From NCBI GenBank assembly GCA_964234715.1, contig OZ174283.1: 64,000 nt of DNA; one strand, written 5' to 3'. Origin of the DNA: Podarcis melisellensis (Eukaryota). The notes under the pieces are model-generated. The model saw only the letters and a list, made by a program, of their open reading frames with translations, was not told the DNA's origin and did no database searches. Shown here piece by piece: positions 1 through 12,040 of this stretch (its first letter is position 1; each line of letters starts with the position of its first letter). A program made the position numbers and the translations under genes.

Positions 1-749
1 ACCGAGTTGTTTATAAAATAGTTGTTGCATGCTTTGTCATAGCTCAGAGCCTTATCAAATACAGTGTTACCTTAGCAGCTGAGTATCCAGATTTCTACCA
101 TCTCCAAAATAGAAACGGCTGTGTGCAAGATGCAAAATACAATACTTGTTGTAGGTGTGTATCAGAAGATTTTTTGTGGGGGTTGACATTATTATAGTAC
201 CCTTGTGCAGTTTTCCTTCAAACCTTTCTTTTTTCTTTTTAAAATTTTGCTTGCTTTAGAGGAAATAGGATGCTGTGTTTTAGAAGAGCTGGCTCCCACA
301 GGATGGGAGGGGTAGCTCCCCAATGGCTTATTGAGATCAGCCGGAAAGCTTCAAGTTTGCTTCCTTCAGAAATGTTCTTTTTTCCTCCCCAGTAATAAAC
401 TAGCTTTCTGTGTGAGAGAGTAAAAAACAGACGCTTCTAAATACACAGGTGTGCACACGCACAGTAAGTCAGTTGTAGAATATATGAATGTCAGCTGAGT
501 AATTGTCTTAATAATTATGCCTGCTCATTCTCACTATGTAGGAATAGCTTCTACTGTGGAAAATGCAGGAAGTTTTATAACTACTTACTGCTGATTTCTG
601 TGAGAGTACCATTTTGTGTGTTCTATCTCAAACTGAAATGAATGCTCGGGCTTTCTAATTGTAGCAGAGAAGAGGCCATCCATAGCCTTATTTATTTTTA
701 TCATATTACAAAATGTAATTTTTTGCTATTAAATATGCCTTTTTATCAG

Positions 750-917
750 GTGGATTATATGGATGAAAATGAAGAATATTTCCAGCGACAAGCATCTCAT
801 AGACAATCTCGACGGAGATTTAGGAAAATCAATCAAAAAGGAGAAAGACAAACAATTATTGACACTGTGGATGCTTATCCCGTAGGGAAACCACCGTTAC
901 CTAGAGGTTATCACACG
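750..917 (+). CDS. RAPGEF2: RAPGEF2 long-isoform coding exon (VDYMDENEEYFQRQASHRQSRRRFRKINQKGERQTIIDTVDAYPVGKPPLPRGYHT), 168 nt, phase 0-0
   Basis: Acceptor ttttatcag|GTG and donor ACG|gtaagc; lies within ORF 642..995. The peptide resembles the N-terminal extension of long RAPGEF2/RAPGEF6 forms. Confidence 0.93.
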
Positions 918-3592
918 GTAAGCCATCCAAATTATTTTGATAGTGTAACAAATTTGAATATTAGCAGTTGCCAAATGCTCATTCTCATTTTGTGAAAGAT
1001 TCACATGGCCACAATTTGCCTTTCTTAAAATTTCATGTGCAGGAGATTCTTTAGTCGCTATAAAGAAGAAACTGAACTTGTAGTTAAGAGTCATTGGAAT
1101 AGTTTAGAAATACCGCTTTTGGAGCAGATCAGCTTCAAAATGCCAGCTTAAAACACTTTATTCAAATTTGATCTCTGTAATAGATAATTCTGCTGACTTT
1201 ATTTAGTTTAAAAGACATCAATAAACCAATCACTGAAACATTAAGTTCTGTGAATAGCCACTTCTTCTTGAAGCACTATCATCTATTTAGGCCATTATTT
1301 TGCTTTATCTCTTCTCAGCATGAGAAGTAGACCAGAGCGGGTTGTTTATACTGATGTGACTAATATCAAATTGTTCTAACAAATCTACACCATGCCTTTA
1401 TCATCTGAGAGAGCATTATGTCTATATTGCTTTAGCCTTCAAATTATAATTATTCTGCATTCTCAGACTGATGGAGAAAAGTCTTCACAGTTCATCACTG
1501 TAGTGTAGAATTACAAAATTGTGAACACTGATTTTCAAAATAGAAGAAACCCATATTTGTGTTCTGTGTGCCTAAGACCTTAAGATGGATGTTTCATTAA
1601 AACATTTATTATTATTATTATCATTATCAAAATCATCATCATCATCATCAAGTATTGTTTCTTACTAATTCACACTATCAGCTGCACATTGCTGGAACTA
1701 ATTTGGCACCAGTGCTATTCATATTAGCACTTTCCATTATGCAAACAGTATTCTAGTACATAATTGTATGGGGAATTATGACATTTACACATGCCTATAA
1801 AATTATAAATGTCTTGGGACCAGAGTGTCCTCCTTGGGACTGTATCCTTCTGCATGAAGATGCCTATCAGTCATCATCTGAAGCCCTGTTCTATTCTGCC
1901 ACCAAGGGTAATGGTAGTGTGAGATTGGGCCTTTCCTTATCTGTGTAGCTTTCTCCTGATAGAGGCTTGACTGGCTGCATCATAAATGGTTTTTGTGTGG
2001 CAGTCAATACATTTTTATTTCATCAGGCTTTTAATGAGTTTCAACTCATAAGTTATATTTGTTTCTTACTTTGTTTTTATTGTAGTTTTGTTGCTTTCAC
2101 TTTTTTCTAATATTAAGAATTTGTTTTGTTAATCTGAATTGCCTTGAGGAGCAAAAGGCAGTGACACCATATTTCTATAAATAATAATACTCAGTATTGT
2201 TGTGTGGCAACAAAAAATCCTCACAATCACGTATATTGAGGCTGTGTTGCATATTTAACAAGTATTTTAATAGTTCTTTTCTCAAAGCTCCAGAGAGGTA
2301 TACAATCAAGGAAAACAAACATTTAAAACTACTATAAGCACCTCAAAAAATATAGTTTCACTGGAAGACTTGACAAACCAGAAACATTTCACAATGTTAT
2401 GAAAAGAGAACCAGCATCTCCCTATATATTGCTAGTTCACATGATTTATCTTCACATAATTGTATTCCTGAGCTGATATGGAATACAGTTCTTCATGCAG
2501 GGAATAAAAGTCTCCCAAAATGACTATGTGAGCTATTCTTTAGTGTTTGTGATTAACTCTGTAGGAACTCACAATATAAAGCCTCAGGAGTACATAGCCA
2601 TTTGAGATACTTCATGTGCTCTCTCGGATTTTAAAGTACTCAGGATTTCCCACTGTTTCCTTTCCTAAAAATTAGGAGTTAATTAAAATTAAATTAATTA
2701 AATTAGGAATTTAATTAAGAATTTTAAAAATTCTTGTCAATTTCCATCTACAATTCCACCTGCAACTGTTAGCACCTAAAGGTTTAACTATGTCTCTTGT
2801 TAATTGTCCAAGTTTTTTCTTAGATGTCTTGTGAGATTCTTCAATACTTAGGTGTTTTCCTTGTATGACAGAAGGCTTGATTTTTCAGGTTTTGATGTAA
2901 CCCCAGCTTTCATTGTAATTTTATTATGAACAATTTACTGAAATCTAATAAGTTGATTTGTGGTGTACTAATATGGCATACTTCTTGATCAGTTTTATGA
3001 ATGACTAAAAGGAAAATGTTAATTTATGATCATATGTTCCCATTACTCAAAGTTAATCAGTTTGTTTGTGGGAAGACGTGCCTCTCCAAACACATGGTAG
3101 GAACATGCAAAGAACCTCATTTTAGATATGGTTTTCTCATATGTACCCACAGAGAGTTTAGAGATGCAAGTCTTCCCTTTTGTGCTATACATATCAAGGC
3201 AGGAAAACATGGCTGCCAAATAAAATATGAATTTCTTTACAGTGTTATAGTTTCTTTTAGGGTTATAATATGTAGATATACTGATTGAGATAGTATGTGA
3301 TCAGCTGACTGTGTTTCAAAGACTAGTGTACATGATGACAGAGAAGTGAATATATGTTATGTTTTAAAGGAAAGTGCTTGACAAATACTAGCAATGCTGT
3401 TATTATACTGTTGTATGTTAAGTGGCCATATGGGTCAGGGAGAGTATCTACACCAAACTCATAAGTCCATTTAAGAACCTTCCTTACATAATAGCATTAG
3501 TTTCATAATAGTACTATATGTTTTGAGCATCTCTGATAATGTTCATCTTTTCCTTTCCTCCTATATGGCATTCATTTCATTTTGGCTCACAG

Positions 3593-3610
3593 GAATGCAC
3601 TAAACAGCAG
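3593..3610 (+). CDS. RAPGEF2: RAPGEF2 18-nt microexon (ECTKQQ), phase 0-0
   Basis: Pyrimidine-rich upstream tract, ctcacag|GAATGCACTAAACAGCAG|gtattg. It joins GYHT to LPADF in frame and resembles the ECTKSQ linker I recall in long RAPGEF2 isoforms. Confidence 0.8.
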
Positions 3611-5282
3611 GTATTGTAACTTATGTGTATGGTCCTCTAACCCTTCACCCCCCCCCCCTTTGGAGTGTAACTAATGTCTTAATACTAGTTTGCTGTTGCT
3701 AAATTTGTGCTGCATCCATTCTGTTACACTATATGATACACAGTTTACCTTCAGTTAAAATCACACAAACTGAATGTAGATAGAGCCTAGTGACATCACC
3801 ATTACTTGCATTTCAGTTTTTACCTTAAAAAAATAATAATTCATTGCCTGTGGTGGTGTATTTTGTTGTTAGAAGTCGTCATGTTGTATCAGTATATGAC
3901 ATACAGAAATGATAAAGTACTCACATTGAACAGAACATTATCCATTTATGTCCTCATTTAATATCCATTACCCAACCAGTGTCTCTATCTTACTCTTTAG
4001 CTGTTGCATTTTGAAGCAGAAGTTTGTAGATAATGGCTCTGATACAAGCTGAATATTTGTAAGGCGTAATAATAAATTTGTAATATTGTAAGTGGTACTG
4101 TTATAAAACAGATTATTTTGATTCTGTTCTATATTAGTTGCACCTAAAGATACTATAGAAGCCACACGTTCCTAAAATACAGAAGGTGTTGAAACACAAA
4201 GTGGAATGGAAGCTGGAGGGGAGGGACTTACGGAATTACTTTAATTATTTGTGGCAGTATTTTCACTTGTTTAAAATTTAAACAGTGTGATATTTGTTAT
4301 GAACTAGCTAGTAAGAGTTAATTTTATGTCACAGAATTATGATTTTTAGACTATTGTAAGCAAGCAGTGAAAAACATGCATAAAACATATAATTATTATG
4401 GTTATATTATCCTTCCAGTGTTTTATCTTGCATATAAATTTAAGGTAGTAATAGCATAATCACTATAGCATAACTGTTTTTATTTTAAATTGCAATCATG
4501 GTGTGTTTGTGTAAAATTATGACTGCAGTGGCCTCTGAGAATGCCAAATACACAACATCAGAAGGCATCTTACTGGAACGCTGGTTGATAAAAGGATACT
4601 GAATGTAATATGTCTCTGTGTGTAATATATGTAGATGCTTTGATGTCCCTAGCAGGAGAGCACAAGGTTCACTTTGGAGCTTCCTCAGCCCCACTCTTCT
4701 CTGCCTCATTTCTCCTTTCATGAATGTTGACACTTTTACTACCTGAATTTTTACTGTTTACAAACATTCTATACTATCACAGCAGTTGTCAATCGCTATT
4801 TTCACCCCATTTGCACATGTGGCAGTGAATCCAACACAGTTATGTAAGCATTAGGGGGTATGCATAGACTGCAACAGAGGTAGAAATCTTCCCTAACCTT
4901 CACAGGCCATATTTCACAGTTGTCAGTGATGTCAGGTGATGAGCCTCTTTGAAGGCGCACTTGCACCTTCAAGTTGCTACAGGAGCAAGAAATGATTTGT
5001 ATTGAAACCACTGCTAAAATGGAGTTGTCCCCCGCCCCCATTCATTTTCGCAGATGTTTCAGTGCAAACCACTTTCTGCTCCTGGGCCAAGATGCGCTTC
5101 CACCATTCATCAGCTGATGGTTGGTAGAAGCATGCCATGCTCCATCTAAATAACAGGAGCTCACTTTAAGCTAGTTGTTCCTTTGATACTATGTCAGTGT
5201 CTGCATGGTTTGTCAGTAACAGCTTGGTGGGTCAAATAGGGGCCGCAATATTTTTAAACCAACCCAGCTCCAGATTCTGGGT

Positions 5283-5685
5283 CATAGAATCATATAATTG
5301 TAGAGTTGGAAGGAATCGCCAGGGCCATCTAGTGCAGCCCCCTGCAATGCAGGAATCTCACTAGATTATACATGACAGGTGGCTATCCAATCTCTGCTTA
5401 AAAACATCCAAGGAAGGAGAGCCCACCACTTGTGGTGGAAGTCTGTTTCACCATGGAATAGCTCTTACTGTCAGAAAGTTCTTCCTGATGTTTAGTTAGA
5501 ATCTTCTTTCTTATAACTTGAATCTATTGGTTCAGGTCCTAGCCTTTGGAGCAGGAAAAAAAAAGTTTGCTTATTGTTGTGACAGCCCTTTAGATGTTTG
5601 AAGATGGCTCTCATGTCTCCTCTCAGTCCCCTTTTTATGAGGCGAAACATACCCAACTTCCTCAACCGTTCCTCGTAGGGCTTGA
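5283..5685 (-). mobile_element. CR1 LINE 3' fragment
   Basis: Begins with the reverse-complemented CR1 tail (catagaatcata...gagttggaagg...catctagt), followed by typical degenerate ORF2 3' sequence. Confidence 0.8.
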
Positions 5686-5877
5686 TTTGTCTTTGTAATA
5701 GATATATGTAAGGCGAATTATTTTTTTACTAGTAAGATAGATAATGCATCAGAGACCACTGTATCTTTTTATATACTGTTCAGGAAAGGTGAAGATCAAT
5801 ATATAAGCTTGACTTCACACCATTAATACAATTCTGTAAATAAAAAATATTAAAAGTAGTAGTTAAATACTATGTTA

Positions 5878-6115
5878 CAGGCTTACCTTGGTTGTCGAAC
5901 GGAATCCGTTCAACTTCTGAAAATGTTTGACAACCAAGGCGTTGTTTCCGATTGGCTTCAGGAGCTTCCTGCACTCAATCGGAAGCCGCAGAAGCCGTGC
6001 TGGTCGTTCGGCTTCCAAAGAACGTTTGCAAACCGGAACACTCACTTCTGGGTTAGCGGCATTTGGGAGCCAAAACATTCAAGTTGCAAGGCGTTTGGGA
6101 TCCAAGGTACGACTG
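5878..6115. mobile_element. Tc1/mariner (Tigger-like) MITE
   Basis: Imperfect TIRs CAGGCTTACCTTGG / CCAAGGTACGACTG, with TA on both sides (5876-5877 and 6116-6117). Confidence 0.85.
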
Positions 6116-6583
6116 TACTATGTTTGCAACCTATGTCTAGCTGTATATCTAAAGTTAGTGGTTTAATACTTAATAGTAGCTTAACACTATTAATTTCATT
6201 GATTTTTCATAGGCTGCACTTTTTAATACTTTCAGTTGTAATATTTCATCCTAACATCTGAAAACCTATAGAGATTAGCAGCATCTGAGGGTAGAAGTCA
6301 AAAGTAGTTTTTGTACTAGACAAAATAACCAGGTTCTAAGTATTCCTAAAGTATAATGATTTAAGAACATTTAGGGCTTTGATGTATGTCAGGATGGATG
6401 GATTCGTTAGCTGTAGTGGCATATTTAACTTTGTTTTGCTTACGTATATCCTAAATTTATATTTTCACAAGGTACTTGAGTGACTATTCTTAACTCATAG
6501 CCAGTACTGCTTCTTTTTTTTATCATATCAGAGTGGCAAACGTATGGATAACAACCTGAGATACTGTTACAGTTTCTGTTGCC

Positions 6584-6585
<2 letters not shown>

Positions 6586-6656
<71 letters not shown>
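6586..6656. repeat. Compound (TG)n-CG-(CA)n microsatellite forming a palindrome
   Basis: Read directly from the sequence. Confidence 0.97.
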
Positions 6657-6658
<2 letters not shown>

Positions 6659-8060
6659 TTGAAAGAAGTACACAGCAGTTCAAGGTACTGTGTGGTCTGT
6701 TTACCTAAGTTTCAGCTTCTGTCTGAGGATACCTTTCTGTCTCTATACATTACATCATCTTTGCTGCAAACGTGTGTGTCCACTGGGATTTGCTCTTCTT
6801 CCATTCCCCTTGGAAGAAGAGCTTGTATTGATGCCATAATTGGACCCATCTTTTGGTTGCTTTGGAAATTCACTGTAATAAGGGTGTTGTGTATCAAGCC
6901 ATGCTGCATTTTAGGCAATTTAGGTGTCAGTAATATGCCTGCCAGTCTGGGTCCTGTTTCCAATTTGTGAAAATTGACAGTGCTGGGTTGCCTGCCCTGT
7001 AAGCTTATAAATCTGTTAAGAGAGTTACTGAGATATTCTTCAATAAGCAGTTTTTTTATCAGGTGGCATTTTTTTCTGAATTACTCAAATGTGGAGTTGT
7101 GTCACATTAAATGCTAGTGTTAAATGTATGCTTATTTGTTAAGAGAAGACTGGGCAACCTTCCTTGAGAGAAATCCATTTAATAATAGAAAATTGAAACC
7201 TGTACATAAATTCAGTAGAAAATTGAATGACAGACAATTGTTAAAAACTTGGAAAAACATTGAATACTAAAACTTTTCTTCACCACTGGTTTGCTACTAA
7301 CTTTGCAATATTTGAATATTGTATATACATTATGCTTGGGCATCTTGCATCCTTTTGTAGTTCTAGAGAAGGAATAGAGATATTGGTATTAGTTTCATGT
7401 TGATGAATAAAAATATAATCTATAGTATTCAGTCAAATTCATGCATCAAAATTTGTTGTTGAGCTGCCATTTTTAATGAGTGGGGGCACTCGTCTGCTAT
7501 GACTTGTGCAGAGGTAACCAGTCAGTATGCAGTAAATACATTTAATCTGATCACACCTAGAGATGAAATGTCTGTCAATATATGCAACTCCTGACTTTCA
7601 GCTCATTCCTGGGAATTAAAGAGCTGGTTTCAACCCGACAAGCCCTAACTGGCTTAGGGCAGGTTTCCTGGAAGATTGCCTCCTGCATAGCCTACTCAAA
7701 CCTTAAGCCTTGCTCTGGTTGCATGACATCTGATCACTGGCATATATCTACCAGGGAAAGGGCTTTCTTGGCCATGGTACTGTAGCTATGAAATTTAAGT
7801 ATTTTCCTGTCTTTTTTTATTCTTTTCCTAAAAAGTATAATGGGAGGGTATCCATGCCATACAAGTTTCCCCTTCTCTGTGGCCTGAACTTTTGGGCTGT
7901 ATGGGAGGTGCAGGGGGAAGGGAAGGAGAGGAAGGGTAAGTCTTGTCTCACCAGTGGAAGCCTGGTCCACTAGTGGGTGGCCACTATTGGATGTCATTCT
8001 CTATTTATAAATGTTTTGTTTGTAAGATACCCAATGAATATTTATTAAGGGTGACTAACT

Positions 8061-8082
8061 AATCAATCAGTCAGTCAGTCAG

Positions 8083-8115
<33 letters not shown>
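8061..8115. repeat. (TCAG)n/(TCAA)n microsatellite
   Basis: Read directly from the sequence. Confidence 0.95.
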
Positions 8116-8116
<1 letters not shown>

Positions 8117-10386
8117 CCTGACTGTTCAAACTCCAAGTATCCATAATTTTATGATTGTTATAAAAACAACAGCAAAACTCATTATTCTGATTAAAGTTGT
8201 GGACTGCTTACTTTAGACCGATCACATCAGGGTCGATGGCTATGATTTTAAGGAGACTTGAACATGTCTGAAATAAGTAGCTGCACATACTTAACTGGGA
8301 CCATAGTTTTGCCACCGCAGAACCCAAGTCCAAGTAGCTGGCCAGTCCTCAAAGCAGCATGTCTGAGAACTGAGGGAGCTTCAGCACGGAAAATGAGGGA
8401 TGTTATGAGTAACTGTTGGAGCGTGACTTTGATTGAAATCCAGGGACTTTGGAAGACAAGGCTAAATGGAACATAAACCTTCAGATACCTTGACTGAACT
8501 CTTGCACCATCGGCTACTCTCTTGCCACTCCCAGGTCCCCAAGCATACTCCCTTTCCTTCGTCCTGTGGTGTCCTAGCAGAGTAAGGAGCAGTTACAGTG
8601 CCCACTCTGTCATTAACTATAGCAGGAGTGGGGAACCTCAGGCCCTCTAAAACAGGAGTGCAGTGGCTGCCTTAAATAATTTCTCAAAAGCACTGTTTGA
8701 AGCCCTTTCCTCCAAACGTTCAAAGATAGATGCTTCAAACAGCGCTTTTGGAACCCAGCACTAAGCAGGATCGCTGTTGCAAAGTGTGAGCAATCCTGCT
8801 AAGCTATGGGCTTGGGTGCACAAGATTGCTACAAGCTCTCTAAACTCTATTGTGCACCTGAGCAGTGCCCTAAGCAGGATTGCCTCTCCCCTCGACATTG
8901 GCTGATGCAAAGGAAGAATGATCCTGTTTGTGTGATAGTTCCTTCAGTAATCCATAAATATGCATAAGCATCCATAAATATGCAAATTTAAAAATTGAGG
9001 GCTACCACCTGTACTAGCCAGGATTGCTTTAATGCTGTTGCTTTTGAAACATTTGAAATGCTCCAAGGTATAACATTTGTAAGATATGTGAACACTTAAG
9101 CCTCCTTTTTTGAGGTATAATTAAAATAGATTTTAAAGTATTTTTGCAGCATAAAACTTGTGTGTTTGCATATGGCAGGCTTTTCTAGTTTAGTTATTAA
9201 ATCCTGCTAACAAAACAGCTGGCATTAGCTGGAATGGCGCAAACACTTCCATAGTTTTCTAATGTTTCTGTTTTAAAGTAGCTATTTAAACAGGAGTCAT
9301 GGATTAAAAATATTTAATACCTTTATACACACTGCTGCTCTTTTAAGCAGTAGGAAATGTAAATGGAATGTTTTTCTCTAAAAGCTAAGAACAGAATGTG
9401 CTATATGACTAACCAATCTGCAATTAAAGCAAGATTGGCAGGTGTCAGAAGCAAACCCAGCTAAGGCACCAATGTGTCTGTGCTCAGTGCTGGGTGTATT
9501 AAAGATCTGGATTATGGATTCATCCACAGTAACAGCTCAACAGAATGGTATTTGTACAGATGGTCTGGAACACCAGCAAATGGGTTAACCATGCAGCATA
9601 TATTGCTAATAGAGGTGGTGAAGATAGAATGTTAACAGGATCTAAGCCTAAGCATCCACATATGATTGCCTGCCTGCCTACTGTTGGCTTTAGTAGTGGA
9701 TTGGCAACCATGATTCAGATCACATAATTCTTAATTGCTGCCATTATATCTACTGCAGCCACTCAGACCAAAGGGTAATGATGTGCTGAAACCTGCCCTT
9801 TTATTTTGCAATTTGAATAGTGTTACTACTCAATTTGAGTAGTGTTACTGTTGCTTGTTACTACTACAGCCCTGCAAAAAGATTGGTTACAAAGAAAGTT
9901 ACTGAGGAGATAGTCATTCTGCTGCTATAGTTGTCCCTGGATATTTTTGTCAACGTGTTCATCTTCCCCGTTGGATATAGTACTGGGAAGGCACTTTTTG
10001 TTCATGGTTCATCGTTCATAGGGAGAGGTAGTACCCTATTTAATCTCACTGAGATTGTGATGTATTGGTGTCATAGCTGTAGAGGTTGGCATTACTTTAG
10101 GGCAATGCAGATGACTTATTCAGTGCATTACACATTGGAAGCGTAGCAATAGGTATAATGGGTGGTTTTCATCACTTACTGGATGTCCTTATTAAAGTTT
10201 TCACTTGATGCTATTCTGAATCTTCTACCTCCTGTTTGTGTTTGAGACCACAAAGTAAGGTGTTCATAAGTTCACTGCCATCATCACTAATGATGCCCAA
10301 CCACCACCCTAATTTCATCAATGTTGGATCTTGTACCTGACACTTAGTACTTGCCCACAATGACATCAGTGTATAGTCAACCCACA

Positions 10387-10993
10387 GGGGTGGGTGGCGC
10401 TGTGATCTAAACTACCAAGTGTCTTGGGCTTGCCTATGATAAGGTTGGCAATTTAAATACATGCAGTGGTGTGGGCTCCCGTTGCTCTTTTCTAGCTCAT
10501 GCCAACTAGCAGTTTGAAAGCATATCAGCGTAAGGAAGTAAATAGGCACCACTGCGGTAGGAAGGTAAACTGTGTTTCTGTGTGCTCTGGTTTCTGTCAC
10601 AGTGTTCCGTTGTACAGTGGTGCCTCGCAAGACGAAATTAATCCGTTCTGCGAGTTTCTTCGTCTTGCGGTTTTTTCGTCTTGCGAAGCAAGGCTATTAG
10701 CGGCTTTAAGAAAAAGGAAACAAACTCGCAAGAACTCGCAAGACGTTTCGTCTTGCCAAGCAAGCCCATAGGGAAATTCGTCTTGTGGAACGACTCAAAA
10801 AACGGAAAACTCTTTCGTCTTATGAGGCATTCGTCTTGTGGGGCACCACTGTACCAGAAGTAGTTTAGTTATGCTGGCCACATGACCTGGAAAGCTGTCT
10901 GTGGACAAACACCAGCTTCCTTGGCCTGAAAGCAGAGGTGAACGCCGCACCCCCTGGTCAAATTTGACTGGACTTAACCTTTACCATTTTACC
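10387..10993 (+). mobile_element. Sauria SINE interrupted by a MITE
   Basis: Head gggtggcgctgtg..ctaaac, internal aaataggcacc...gaaggtaaac and gctggccacatgacctggaaagctgtctgtggacaaac, and an (ACCTTT)-like tail. Confidence 0.85.
10615..10851. mobile_element. Tc1/mariner (Tigger-like) MITE nested in the SINE
   Basis: TIRs CAGTGGTGCCTCGCAAGACGAA / TTCGTCTTGTGGGGCACCACTG, TA target-site duplication at 10613-10614 and 10852-10853, and internal repeats of TTCGTCTTG. Confidence 0.92.
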
Positions 10994-11794
10994 AACCAGC
11001 AGTGGAACCCATGGAATATATAGTTGCAGTTCAGTTTTTATAACTGCCCCAGATGAAAATTTCTCACAAAATGATTGAGAAGCAAGGTTTTGGGTAGCAG
11101 AGGGGATGTTGATATATTTTGCTGACAAATTAGACTGCTTGGATAATTGATTTAGCTAGGTTTCTAGTAGTACTTTTGTCTACACTTATCAGAGATGCTG
11201 TACTAGTAGATTTCCAGCATCAGCAAGTATTGGACTTGATTACCCTTTCAGGCACCTTCAAACTCTATGATGGAATTATGGTCACTATTTCTGAATTAAT
11301 TCTTTGTCTCTAATAAATAATTCCATTACATCATACTTTGCTGACATCTAAATTTGCATGACAGTGATATCGTGTCATTAGATAAGAGTAAATTCTGGGA
11401 ATTGAAATGCAAGTGACATGACATCTGTGTCCATAGGGATTTCATTGTTAGTAAGTTCTGATGTATTTCTAATGAAAAACATAGGTTTGATAACAGAGTA
11501 ATGGGTATATAGTAAGGTCTTTTAAATTGTATCCTAAGGCTACCTAATTTTTCCAAGCCTGTGTTAAGTGTGTTTGTATTGGTCAGTCGCTTACTACTAT
11601 TCTAGACTTGGGCCTGTTTTCACAGCTCCAGAGTACAGACATTACATACAGTAGGACAGCTTTTCACAACCTTGTGCTCTGCAGATATATTGAACTACAA
11701 ATCTTATCATCCTCAGCCAGCATGGCCAATTGGTTATGGAAGATGGGAATTTAGGTCAAACAATTTGAGTGTTACCAAACAGGGGAGGTTGCTC

Positions 11795-12040
11795 CAGGGG
11801 TCAGCATACTTTTTCAGCAGGGGGCCAGACCACTGTTCCTCAGACCTTGTGGGGGGCCAGACTATATTTTGAAAAAAAGAACGAATTCCTATGCCCCACA
11901 AGTAACCCAGAGATGCATTTTAAATAAAAGCACACATTCTAGTCATGTAAAAACACGCTGATTCCCGGACCATCCATGGGCCGGATTTAGAAGGTGATTG
12001 GGCCTGATCCGGCCCTCAGGCCTTAGTTTGCCTACCTATG
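11795..12040. mobile_element. hAT (Charlie-like) MITE adjoining an older palindromic hAT-type MITE (~11655-11790)
   Basis: Termini CAGGGGTCAGCA.ACT / AGTTTGCCTACC.ATG with GGGCC-rich subterminal motifs; no clear TSD. Confidence 0.7.

Noticed and set aside
6440-6970. ORFs with CVCV/HTHT runs (likewise poly-N/poly-L at 16846-17209 and LLTY repeats at 22286-22605)
   Set aside because: Translations of microsatellites.
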